Source: Bacteroidota bacterium (GTDB lineage Bacteria; Bacteroidota; Bacteroidia; Bacteroidales; JADFUO01). From it: a stretch of DNA of 45,565 nucleotides. The notes beneath the pieces are model-generated. The model was not told the origin of the DNA, did not search any database, and saw nothing but the letters and a program-made list of their open reading frames with translations. Of the stretch, positions 27,649 through 36,693 are shown in pieces. Location: the NCBI GenBank assembly GCA_030622635.1, contig JAUXFX010000003.1, forward strand, positions 1 through 45,565, in the 5' to 3' direction. Positions within the stretch are counted from its first letter, which is position 1. Every line of letters begins with the position of its first letter. The position numbers were made by a program, and so were the translations under genes.

Positions 27649-29940
27649 TTAATCCGTATCATAATCCGGTAAACAATACCTGCAGCCATTATAATTATGT
27701 TTAATGGCACGTGGGATTTCTTTGTAGGCAATTTTATTTTTGTTATTCATCTTTTTTACCCATTTGCAATTATTGTTATGCAGTTCTTTTGTGTTTTTAT
27801 TTGCTATAAATGGATGCTCTCCCACAGCAAGTAATTGAGTAACACGACCCATTTCGAGGTTATCAACTAATTGTGCTACTGATATCTCATATCCTCCGTC
27901 CGGTATTGAATCAGGCAAGATAAATTCCAGTTTGGCAATACAATTATCATTTGATTTTAATTTGATATTACGCAAATAAGATTTTTTCCCGGATAAGACA
28001 TAATATTCATTGTAAAGTGTTGATTCGTTAATTTTTGATAAACCATCAGTTGAAGCCTCAATACACAATCTTTTTAATATCTTCAAATTCACTTCCATAC
28101 CTGTTGGTAAAGAACTCAGATCAATTTGAAGGTCTGAATAAATATTATTACCTGACCATCCTTGTATATGGAAATTAAGACTGTTAACTGAGCCTGCAAA
28201 CATATCTATTACATCAAAGTTTTTCCATGTTGCATTATTATTTTCCCTAATGAAGTTGTAAAAATCATTCATCGAAAGAATAGTGGCAGGGTCTGGTGCA
28301 GGATCATTACCACTGTTTACCAATGCAATAAAACAATAATGTCCCTGAGCAGGAATATCATCTGAAGGCCAAACCACAGGACCAACAACTTTAACACTAT
28401 TTGAAGGAACAGATGGAATAGTTATTTGATCAACAAGATTCCATGAAGCCGGAGTTGGAAAAGTTGAAGGGTGTGACCAATATACGGTGGCTGTTCCTCC
28501 GGTAGCATTATTTCCTCTGTTATGAACTCTGAGATAGATGTAATTGTTTTGTCCGAATTCCACCTGTTCACCAAGATTTGCCTGGCTAAGTGCTAAAGTA
28601 GTTCCCAAAATAGCTTCGGGATCGAGTAATTCCTGATTAAAAATTATTACATCAGGGCTGCATGAAATACCACCGTCAATAAGAGGTTCGCGGCCATGAT
28701 CTTCAAGATTATCTCGTAAATATAAGTCATGAGCAGGATAACCAAGAAAAATATTATCTCCTGCCCCTGCAGGTGATTCAGCTTCTACCGGTGTATCCGA
28801 ATAACCCCAATGCAGAACTACAACATCATCAGCGTAAGTATGTGCTTCAGCTGCAGAGATCCTTCCGTCAGTATTTGTGTCAACCACCTGTGAAAGAGCG
28901 CCACCATCTGCATATTGACCAGTTACTGCAGCAATCCAATCCAATGCAAACGGGTCAAAATCTGCCCCTCCGTTAGAATTTCTATCTTCTTCGCATGCTG
29001 CTGAAAAATGAGTCCATTTTGCAGTGCTGTTATTAATTACTGCATTTTCAAATCCTCCGGAATGACATTGTTCCATCATCACCATTAAAACAGCAAATCC
29101 AGGTAACTCAGCAAGTTTATTCCCAAAATCAGTGGAAGAATATTCATCCCATTCTATGTTATTATAGGCACATAAACCACTTATCGGGTATAATGGACTT
29201 GGTGGGCCATATCCATGATTATTTGTATGTATAAACAGAAAATCATCTTTTTTTAATTTTGTTTTCAGATCATCTATGGCATTTTCAAGAGCAACACCTG
29301 TTCCTTCATCATCAACAGGCATCTGGTAAGCCGTATTATCTCCAGGCCAATTATTGACCGGTTTTGGGCCACCATTATAGTTTAGTGTGCCATCATGATT
29401 TAAAACTGTGATCTTATTGGCATCAAAGCCGTAAATATCAATAAGGGTCCGGTAAAGAAATTCCATGTCATTAACATGTCTGTTGTTTGACTCACCGGAA
29501 AAAAATATAGCATACCTGTCTCCCCTGGCATTATTTAATGCATTTGTTATTGCCGGAATAGGTGAAGTAGAAAGTTTCCTGCCTTTTAACACATTTTCTC
29601 TTTTGACAGGAGTGTGAATATCTTCAAAATTTTCCGGATTTCTTATAAATTCTGCCGGAGGGAAGCATGCTTTTATTCTATTATATATTTCTCCGGTTTC
29701 AGAATCACATAAAATATGTTCACAGGGATGTGCCCAGTTTAGAGTTGGAGCCTCATCAATAAGAACAAAGGCAGTTTTTTTGGGGATGTCAATTTCTTGT
29801 AAACCTGCATTCATTTTAACTCCGGTATCAATTATATCATTCTTTAAATAAATATTGAATGCTTTCTGACAGTTCATCCTTCTCAGTCCACTAAGAACTT
29901 CATTCTTAATTTTACTTTTAATTTCATTTTTAATTTTCAT
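27649..29940 (-). CDS. Clan CD (C13 legumain-like / caspase-fold) cysteine protease with N-terminal NWxHxC domain, Ig/CARDB-like middle domain and C-terminal Ada-like Zn-binding domain
   Basis: RYAIFFSG first strand, FLFIHTNNHG (His242), VMMEQCHSGGF (Cys292), DTNTDGRIS EF-hand-like loop, NYIYLRVHNRG...GHYCFIA, C-terminal H...C...CRYC; no signal peptide. Confidence 0.85.
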   Translation of the reverse strand: MKIKNEIKSKIKNEVLSGLRRMNCQKAFNIYLKNDIIDTGVKMNAGLQEIDIPKKTAFVLIDEAPTLNWAHPCEHILCDSETGEIYNRIKACFPPAEFIRNPENFEDIHTPVKRENVLKGRKLSTSPIPAITNALNNARGDRYAIFFSGESNNRHVNDMEFLYRTLIDIYGFDANKITVLNHDGTLNYNGGPKPVNNWPGDNTAYQMPVDDEGTGVALENAIDDLKTKLKKDDFLFIHTNNHGYGPPSPLYPISGLCAYNNIEWDEYSSTDFGNKLAELPGFAVLMVMMEQCHSGGFENAVINNSTAKWTHFSAACEEDRNSNGGADFDPFALDWIAAVTGQYADGGALSQVVDTNTDGRISAAEAHTYADDVVVLHWGYSDTPVEAESPAGAGDNIFLGYPAHDLYLRDNLEDHGREPLIDGGISCSPDVIIFNQELLDPEAILGTTLALSQANLGEQVEFGQNNYIYLRVHNRGNNATGGTATVYWSHPSTFPTPASWNLVDQITIPSVPSNSVKVVGPVVWPSDDIPAQGHYCFIALVNSGNDPAPDPATILSMNDFYNFIRENNNATWKNFDVIDMFAGSVNSLNFHIQGWSGNNIYSDLQIDLSSLPTGMEVNLKILKRLCIEASTDGLSKINESTLYNEYYVLSGKKSYLRNIKLKSNDNCIAKLEFILPDSIPDGGYEISVAQLVDNLEMGRVTQLLAVGEHPFIANKNTKELHNNNCKWVKKMNNKNKIAYKEIPRAIKHNYNGCRYCLPDYDTD

Positions 29941-29944
29941 TATT

Positions 29945-29951
29945 ACCTCCT
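29945..29951 (-). promoter_or_regulatory. Canonical Shine-Dalgarno (AGGAGGT) before the protease
   Basis: Minus strand reads CAGGAGGTAATA-ATG. Confidence 0.6.
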
Positions 29952-30124
29952 GTTTTAAGTTTATTTAAATATTAATACACTTTTATTTTTAATAAATTCA
30001 GTATTAGTTTACTATTATTAGTTCCGAAAATTGATAAAAGGTAACCCCGTAAGAAGAAAAAAATTGAATTTAAAATCAATCTAAATAATAATATAATAAA
30101 TCGGATTTTATATAAAAGGAATTA

Positions 30125-30154
30125 TTCGTAGAAAATATTTTCGTAGAAAGTATT
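30125..30154. promoter_or_regulatory. 15-bp direct repeat, candidate regulator binding site
   Basis: TTCGTAGAAAATATT TTCGTAGAAAGTATT (14/15 identical) between the small gene and the protease. Confidence 0.4.
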
Positions 30155-30174
30155 TTTAGCGAATGTTAAGCTCA

Positions 30175-30537
30175 CTAATCATAAACATTAAAATGCCTGT
30201 CATCAGAAGGTTTTGATCCATATCTTAAGAGCACTCTGTAGCTATCCGGATAATCTTCATAAAAAACAGGAAACTGTTCATGAAACAGTTCGGTTTCAAA
30301 TGTCTTGGAATCAATCAGAATATATATGCATGAATGCCCCCAGTTTAGGCGAGGTTGGAGATCTATAAATGCCAAATAGCTGGGTTTTTTTACTTCAATA
30401 CTCTTTCTGCCAATATTGATAATATCTCCATTTTTGTATGGTTCATAATTCAAATAAATAATTGATTGATCTTTTTGCTCTTTTGTCAAATGGTTCAGGA
30501 TTATTTTAAGTATTTCTTCTTTATTAAGATTTTCCAT
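30175..30537 (-). CDS. Small hypothetical protein, stand-alone paralog of the protease N-terminal domain
   Basis: FIDLQPRLNWGHSCIYILIDSKTFE versus LIDEAPTLNWAHPCEHILCDSETGE; -7 box TATATTTG at 30563-30570 on the minus strand. Confidence 0.82.
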   Translation of the reverse strand: MENLNKEEILKIILNHLTKEQKDQSIIYLNYEPYKNGDIINIGRKSIEVKKPSYLAFIDLQPRLNWGHSCIYILIDSKTFETELFHEQFPVFYEDYPDSYRVLLRYGSKPSDDRHFNVYD

Positions 30538-30638
30538 TTTAAATTATTATTATTGATTTATGCAAATATAGTAAATTAATAGCTGAAAAGCAAGCATATA
30601 ATTAGTTATACTCAAGTTTTAATCCAACACCCACTTCT

Positions 30639-30974
30639 CTAAGATTTATTACTTTTTTTAGAATAAAATGTTAAAGGATGAGCTATGATGATGGGATTCT
30701 TGTGATTTAAGTTTTCTATTATTGCTTCTGTATAGAGTCTGATCAGAGGATCTAAACCCCAGGTATGATCGAGGTGTCCATGAGAAAGAACCACAAAATC
30801 TAAATTTAATAGATCAATATTTAGCTTTTGTGCATTTTTAATAAATACATCAGAATATCCTAGGTCGAATAAAATTTTATTACCTTCATCTTCAATAAAA
30901 TAAGATACTCCTGGTTCGCCATAGAAATACCGGTCAATCAGAGTATTATTATCAACAAGGACTGTTAATTTCAT
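30639..30974 (-). pseudogene. Truncated MBL-fold metallo-hydrolase (N-terminal part only)
   Basis: MKLTVLVDN, GEPGVS, ILFDLG, LSHGHLDHTWG (HxHxDH), IIAHP; stops at 111 aa, well short of a full MBL fold, with no downstream continuation. Confidence 0.78.
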
Positions 30975-31084
30975 TTTTTATCATTTTTGGGTATTTCACT
31001 AATCAATTGTAAAATTTTATTTTTAGTTATTTATTGAAATTTTAACTAATAAATTTAACCTGAATAATTCACGGGTTATTATTA

Positions 31085-31177
31085 AACGCTGACAGGTTCT
31101 GCAAACGCTGTCAGGTTTCAAAAAATCTGTCAGAGTCTGTACATACGCATCCCTTCGGGAAAAGACCTGACAGCGTT
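31085..31177. repeat. REP-like cluster (AACGCTGWCAGGTT) with nested TCCC-TTC-GGGA hairpin
   Basis: Copies at 31085 and 31104; 31104-31116 is perfectly complementary to 31165-31177. Confidence 0.7.
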
Positions 31178-31310
31178 GATATAACAAAAGTTTATGAATA
31201 GATCAGGTTAAGACATTGTGTGCTAACAATAAGGAAAAAAGTAAAGCAATTTAATAATGTTGAAAAATTTTAAAAACAGATTTTATAAAGCTTTACCTTT
31301 TACCAGCAAC

Positions 31311-31373
31311 CAGTAGTCGGCAGTCAGTAGTCGGCAGTCAGCAGTCAGCAGTCGGCAGTCAGTAGTCGGCAAT
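31311..31373. repeat. 7-bp tandem repeat (CRGYAGT x9)
   Basis: cagtagt cggcagt cagtagt cggcagt cagcagt cagcagt cggcagt cagtagt cggcaat. Confidence 0.92.
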
Positions 31374-31684
31374 CACATTATCCACCAGCGACACGAAGTC
31401 CATCCATACGGGCTCCTTTTAGTTGTACGGATTTACTTCGTTTCATTAGCCCGCATGGGCCCGTATGGGTAACCAGCGAAGAAATGTAAGCCGGTAGTGT
31501 AACCGGTCCGCTTTTTTTCCTGTTAAAATAACTCTTAAACAATAATTAGAATATGTGTAATGTTAATAACTTAAACATGCAGGAAAAATATTAATAATTA
31601 ATTTTGCTTTTCTATAGCTTATTATAGCTGGAATTGGTTAAAACTTAGCGTAGCGAAGATACAAACAAATTAGCTTAAGTGAAA

Positions 31685-31805
31685 GCAGTCGGCAGACAGC
31701 AGTCGGCAGTCGGCAATCGGCAGTCAGCGATTAATAGACTGAAGACTGGGGACTGAAGACTGAGGACTGACCCCGAAAGCTTTCGGGGGAGGACTGGGGA
31801 CTGAT
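31685..31805. repeat. Facing 7-bp arrays (GCAGTCR x6 / GACTGRR x7) with an inserted 18-bp palindrome
   Basis: CAGTC and GACTG cores are complementary; CCCCGAAAGCTTTCGGGG at 31771-31788. Confidence 0.9.
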
Positions 31806-31881
31806 AATCAAAAAACAAATACTTTGCAAAAAAACAAAGTTTTACAGGATAATAGAATAAAAATTTAGAGTAGTATTTATT

Positions 31882-33948
31882 ATGGAATTTGTAAATCCTT
31901 ATTTTTTATTCGGACTTTTTGCGGTGTCTATTCCGGTGATTATTCATTTATTTAATTTCAGAAAGTTTAAAAAGGTTTATTTTACAAATGTTAAATTTCT
32001 TAGGGAATTAAAGCAGGAAACCAAAAAGAAATCCCAACTGAAGCATTTGATTATTCTTATTTTGCGGATACTTGCCATTATTTGCCTTGTTCTGGCATTT
32101 GCCCAACCTTATGTTCCATTATCAAAAAATATTATTAGTCAGGATGAAAAAAGTGCAGTAAGTATTTATATTGATAATTCTTTTAGCATGGAAGCAAGGT
32201 CAACTGATGGATTTTTGATTGACGAGGCGAAAAATAAAGCTGCCGAAATTGCACAGGCTTATAATTCTTCCGACATTTTTCAAATACTTACAAATGATTT
32301 TGAAGGCAGACATCAGCGTTTTGTAAGCAGGGATGAATTGATTGAAATGCTTGATGAGATTCATGTTTCACCTTCGGTAAAAAATATCTCAGACGTTGTA
32401 AAACGTCAAAACGATAGGTTTTCTACTTGTCAAACAGAAAATAAAATATCTTATCTTATATCTGATCTTCAGATAAGTATTTCCGATATTGACCGGATTG
32501 ATGAGGACACCACCATAATCAATTATTTTGTTCCGGTTTATCCCGATAACACCGGTAATCTGTATATTGACAGTTGCTGGTTTGAATCGCCCGTTCATCA
32601 TATTAATCAAAATGAAAAACTAAGCGTTAGAATAAAAAATACTTATGATAATGATATGGAAAAGATACCTGTAAAATTAAAGATAAACGGCAATCAAAAA
32701 GCTATAGCAAGCGTTGATGTAAAAGCAGGTTCTGAAACGGAAATAATTCTGCGGTTTACTAATTACGAAACAGGTATTAAAAACGGTTTTATTGAAATTA
32801 CCGATTATCCGGTTGTTTATGATGATATTTTTTATTTTTCATATTTTGTATCTGACAAAATACCTGTTTTATGTATTAATGGCACAGAAGAAAATATTTA
32901 TCTGAAAGCACTTTTCGGAGGGGATACATCCTTTGTATTTGATAATTCACACAGGACTTATCTTGATTATTCATCGCTAAAAAACTATAAATTGGTAATT
33001 ATCAACAAGCTGGATGAGATTTCATCGGGTTTGGGACAGGAATTAAAACGATTTGTTGAAAATGGTGGGTCACTGGTTGTTCTTCCTTCCGGAAAAATGG
33101 ATTTTGATTCGTATAAAAACTTTTTATTAACAATGAATGCTGCCTGGTATTCAGGTTTGGATACTTTTAATACCAAGGTTGATTATATAAATTATAATAA
33201 CGAAATATTTAATGATGTTTTTGAAGATGATCCCACAACTAACAGGAAAGATAACAGGATCATAGATTTGCCTGTAGTTTTAAAACATTTTAAATTTACC
33301 CGCTTAAGCCGGTCTGAAATTGAACCATTATTGAAAATTCAAAATGGAGATGAGTTTTTAAGTGTTGTACCATCCGGATATGGGAAATTATATCTGTTTG
33401 CTGTGCCTTTTGAAACCTCTTTTAGTAATTTTACAAAACATGCAATATTTGTACCTGTTATGTATAAAATTGCTTTGTTAAGCGATATTGGAAATAGATT
33501 ATTTTATACAATAGGAAGTAATGAATATGTTGAGCTTAATCAGGCGCAGCTTAAAAAGGATGATGTTTATAAGATTATAATGGAGAATTCTGATTTTGAA
33601 ATAATCCCAGGACAAAAATATATTAATAACAGCTTACGCCTGAACATGTATGATCAGATTAAACAAGCAGGTAACTACATGTTAATGAATGGTGAAAAGA
33701 ATATTATCGGTATTTCATTTAATTACGATCGCAGGGAATCAAATCTCGGCTCGTATAAGATTGATGATTTAAATAATATTATCAGCAGTAATAATTTAAA
33801 GAAATTTATGGTTCTTGATGTTGGCGACAGGACGTTATCACAGGCGTTGATAGATTTGAACAAAGGAATACAACTTTGGAAGTTATTTATTATTTTAGCG
33901 ATGATTTTTTTAGCAGCAGAAGTGTTAATTATAAGGATTTGGAAATAA
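31882..33948 (+). CDS. BatA-domain (N-terminal double-TM) vWA-containing membrane protein
   Basis: PVIIHLFNFRKFKKVYFTNVKFL, LAFAQPY, YIDNSFSM (DxSxS MIDAS-like), ISDLQ, C-terminal LWKLFIILA...AEVL. Confidence 0.9.
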   Translation: MEFVNPYFLFGLFAVSIPVIIHLFNFRKFKKVYFTNVKFLRELKQETKKKSQLKHLIILILRILAIICLVLAFAQPYVPLSKNIISQDEKSAVSIYIDNSFSMEARSTDGFLIDEAKNKAAEIAQAYNSSDIFQILTNDFEGRHQRFVSRDELIEMLDEIHVSPSVKNISDVVKRQNDRFSTCQTENKISYLISDLQISISDIDRIDEDTTIINYFVPVYPDNTGNLYIDSCWFESPVHHINQNEKLSVRIKNTYDNDMEKIPVKLKINGNQKAIASVDVKAGSETEIILRFTNYETGIKNGFIEITDYPVVYDDIFYFSYFVSDKIPVLCINGTEENIYLKALFGGDTSFVFDNSHRTYLDYSSLKNYKLVIINKLDEISSGLGQELKRFVENGGSLVVLPSGKMDFDSYKNFLLTMNAAWYSGLDTFNTKVDYINYNNEIFNDVFEDDPTTNRKDNRIIDLPVVLKHFKFTRLSRSEIEPLLKIQNGDEFLSVVPSGYGKLYLFAVPFETSFSNFTKHAIFVPVMYKIALLSDIGNRLFYTIGSNEYVELNQAQLKKDDVYKIIMENSDFEIIPGQKYINNSLRLNMYDQIKQAGNYMLMNGEKNIIGISFNYDRRESNLGSYKIDDLNNIISSNNLKKFMVLDVGDRTLSQALIDLNKGIQLWKLFIILAMIFLAAEVLIIRIWK

Positions 33949-33978
33949 GAAAAAGATATTAGGAAAACTAAAAAATTA

Positions 33979-36675
33979 ATGGATATAAAAGAAGAAAATA
34001 AAGACCTGAAGCAAAATTTTGAGGAAAGCAAGAATAGTTCCGGCGAGTTGCACAAAACCATTCATCTTTCGGGGATGTATAAAAGCTGGTTTTTGGATTA
34101 TGCTTCGTATGTGATTCTCGAAAGGGCGGTTCCTGATATTTATGATGGTTTAAAACCCGTTCACCGGAGAATATTGCATGCAATGAAAGAGCTTGATGAT
34201 GGAAGATATAACAAGGTTGCAAACATTATTGGTCATACTATGAAATATCATCCGCATGGCGATGCTTCAATAGGTGATGCACTGGTACAATTAGGACAAA
34301 AAGACTTACTGATCGATACACAAGGAAACTGGGGAAATGTCCTGACCGGCGATGGAGCTGCAGCTCCACGTTATATTGAGGCTCGTTTATCCAAATTTGC
34401 GCTTGATGTTTTATTTAATCCCAAAACAACCTCATGGAAGTTGTCTTATGACGGAAGAAATAAAGAACCTGTTTCCTTGCCTGTTAAATTTCCTTTGTTG
34501 CTTGCTCAGGGTGTGGAAGGTATTGCAGTTGGCCTGGCATCAAAAATTTTACCTCATAATTTTAATGAACTGATTGATGCTTCTATAAATGTTTTAAAAG
34601 AAAAGGATTTTGAGATATATCCTGATTTTCAAACCGGATGTATGGCAGATTTTTCGAGGTATAACGATGGAATCAGGGGAGGAAAGGTTAGAGTAAGAGC
34701 AAAAATTAATCAACAGGATAAAAAAACATTGGTTATTACTGAAATTCCTTTCGGGACAAATACAACTAATTTAATAGATTCAATTGTTTCAGCTAATGAC
34801 AAGGGCAAGATAAAGATCAAAAAAATTGATGATAATACAGCCGAAGATGTTGAAATAATTATCCATCTTGCACCCGGGGTTTCTCCCGATCAAACTATTG
34901 ATGCTTTATATGCATTTACTAATTGTGAAATTTCAATTTCTCCTAATTCATGTGTAATTGAAAAGGATAAGCCTAAATTTGCCGGAGTTAAAGAAATACT
35001 AAGAACTTCAGTAAATAATACTGTGTCGCTTCTTAAAATGGAACTGGAGATCAGAAAAAATGAACTTCAGGAACAATGGCACTTTTCCTCTCTGGAAAAG
35101 ATTTTTATTGAAGAAAGAATATATCGTAATATTGAAGAATGTAAAACTTGGGAATCGGTTTTAAAGACTATTGATAAGGGATTAAAGCCGTTTAAAAGCA
35201 AATTCTTCAGGGAAATAACTAAAGAGGATATTATCAGGTTAACTGAAATAAAAATCAAAAGAATATCAAAATACAGTTCATTCAAAGCCGATGAAATTAT
35301 TAAAGGTATTGAATTTGAGATTGATGAAGTAAATAATCATCTTGAGCATCTGATTGATTATGCAATAAATTTTTATAGGCAAATAAAAAAGAAATACGGT
35401 AAAGGCAGGGAAAGAAAAACCGAAATACGAAATTTTGATACTATACAGGCAACTATGGTTGCAGCCGCTTCGCAAAAACTTTATGTTAACCGTGAAGAAG
35501 GTTTTGCAGGTACTTCCCTTAAAAAAGATGAATATGTTTGTGATTGCTCTGATATTGATGATGTTATCGTGTTTCGTTCGGATGGTACTTTTTTGGTGAC
35601 CAAAGTTTCAACAAAAACATTTGTTGGGAAAGTGATTATTCATATTGATGTTTTTAAGAAAAATGATGACCGGACAATTTATAATATGATATATCGCGAT
35701 GGCAGAAGAGGAAAAACTATGGTAAAACGATTTCCTGTAAAAGGAATAACTCGCGATAAAGAGTATAGCCTGACTAAGGGTACTGAAAGTACAAAAATTT
35801 TATATTTTACTGCTAATCCTAATGGTGAAGCAGAAATTGTAAAAGTTAATTTAAAACCAAAACCCAAACTTAAAAAGTTAGCTTTTGAATATGATTTTAG
35901 CGACCTGACTATAAAAGGAAGAAATTCAAAAGGAAATATTCTTACTCGTCATATAGTTAAAAATATTATTCAGAGAGAAGAGGGTGTTTCTACACTTGGA
36001 GCAAGGGATATCTGGTATGACGATATTGTAAAACGCCTTAATACCGAACAACGCGGTGAATATCTCGGAGCTTTTAAAAGTGATGATAAAATTCTTACAA
36101 TAATGCAGAACGGAACTTATAAACTGGTTAATTACGACTTATCAACACATTTTGATGAAGATATGATAAGAATTGAAAAGTTCAATCCTGATAAAATAAT
36201 TTCAGTTGTTTATCTTGAGGGAAATCAGAAAAAATATTATATTAAAAGATTTCAGATTGACCAACAAAGCAATGGAAGTAAAAAAGTTAATTTTATTGGT
36301 GAACATCCCGATGCTTTATTAATAAATATCAGTCTTGACAGTTTACCAAGGATAGAAGTGCTTTTTGATGCAAAATCAGATAAAAGAAGTGTTAAAAATG
36401 AAATTATTCAATTAGCTGATTTTATTGCCCTAAAAAGTTATAAGGCAAGAGGTAAACGTATTTCAAATAAAGAAATAAAAAAGATTGTTGTATTAGATGC
36501 TGTTCCTTATGAGAAAGAAGAAGCATCTCAACAGGAAAATCATGAAGTTAAAGACAATAATATTGCTGAAACCCAAGTTAATGAAGGTGAAAATAATATC
36601 AAGGTAAAGCAAAAAGAAAAAGAAAAAGAAAAAGAGGAACATGATAAGAACCAACAAATGACCATTGACTTTTAG
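33979..36675 (+). CDS. parC: DNA topoisomerase IV subunit A (Bacteroidota type)
   Basis: FLDYASYVILERAVP, DGLKPVHRR, YHPHGDAS, AAAPRYIEARL catalytic Tyr; lacks a GyrA-box. Confidence 0.93.
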   Translation: MDIKEENKDLKQNFEESKNSSGELHKTIHLSGMYKSWFLDYASYVILERAVPDIYDGLKPVHRRILHAMKELDDGRYNKVANIIGHTMKYHPHGDASIGDALVQLGQKDLLIDTQGNWGNVLTGDGAAAPRYIEARLSKFALDVLFNPKTTSWKLSYDGRNKEPVSLPVKFPLLLAQGVEGIAVGLASKILPHNFNELIDASINVLKEKDFEIYPDFQTGCMADFSRYNDGIRGGKVRVRAKINQQDKKTLVITEIPFGTNTTNLIDSIVSANDKGKIKIKKIDDNTAEDVEIIIHLAPGVSPDQTIDALYAFTNCEISISPNSCVIEKDKPKFAGVKEILRTSVNNTVSLLKMELEIRKNELQEQWHFSSLEKIFIEERIYRNIEECKTWESVLKTIDKGLKPFKSKFFREITKEDIIRLTEIKIKRISKYSSFKADEIIKGIEFEIDEVNNHLEHLIDYAINFYRQIKKKYGKGRERKTEIRNFDTIQATMVAAASQKLYVNREEGFAGTSLKKDEYVCDCSDIDDVIVFRSDGTFLVTKVSTKTFVGKVIIHIDVFKKNDDRTIYNMIYRDGRRGKTMVKRFPVKGITRDKEYSLTKGTESTKILYFTANPNGEAEIVKVNLKPKPKLKKLAFEYDFSDLTIKGRNSKGNILTRHIVKNIIQREEGVSTLGARDIWYDDIVKRLNTEQRGEYLGAFKSDDKILTIMQNGTYKLVNYDLSTHFDEDMIRIEKFNPDKIISVVYLEGNQKKYYIKRFQIDQQSNGSKKVNFIGEHPDALLINISLDSLPRIEVLFDAKSDKRSVKNEIIQLADFIALKSYKARGKRISNKEIKKIVVLDAVPYEKEEASQQENHEVKDNNIAETQVNEGENNIKVKQKEKEKEKEEHDKNQQMTIDF

Positions 36676-36693
36676 AAATAAGTTTTTTCTTTT

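Noticed and set aside
31642-31660. AACTTAGCGTAGCGAAGAT resembling the core of the 22-72 hairpin
   Set aside because: Short partial match without flanking arms; insufficient to call a repeat family.
31311-31805. Possible CRISPR array in the repeat-rich spacer
   Set aside because: Units are 7 bp and contiguous, with no 25-45 bp repeats separated by unique spacers and no cas genes.
33979-36675. gyrA assignment
   Set aside because: The FLDYASYVILERAVP N-terminus, lack of a GyrA-box and the C-terminal pattern fit Bacteroidota ParC better.
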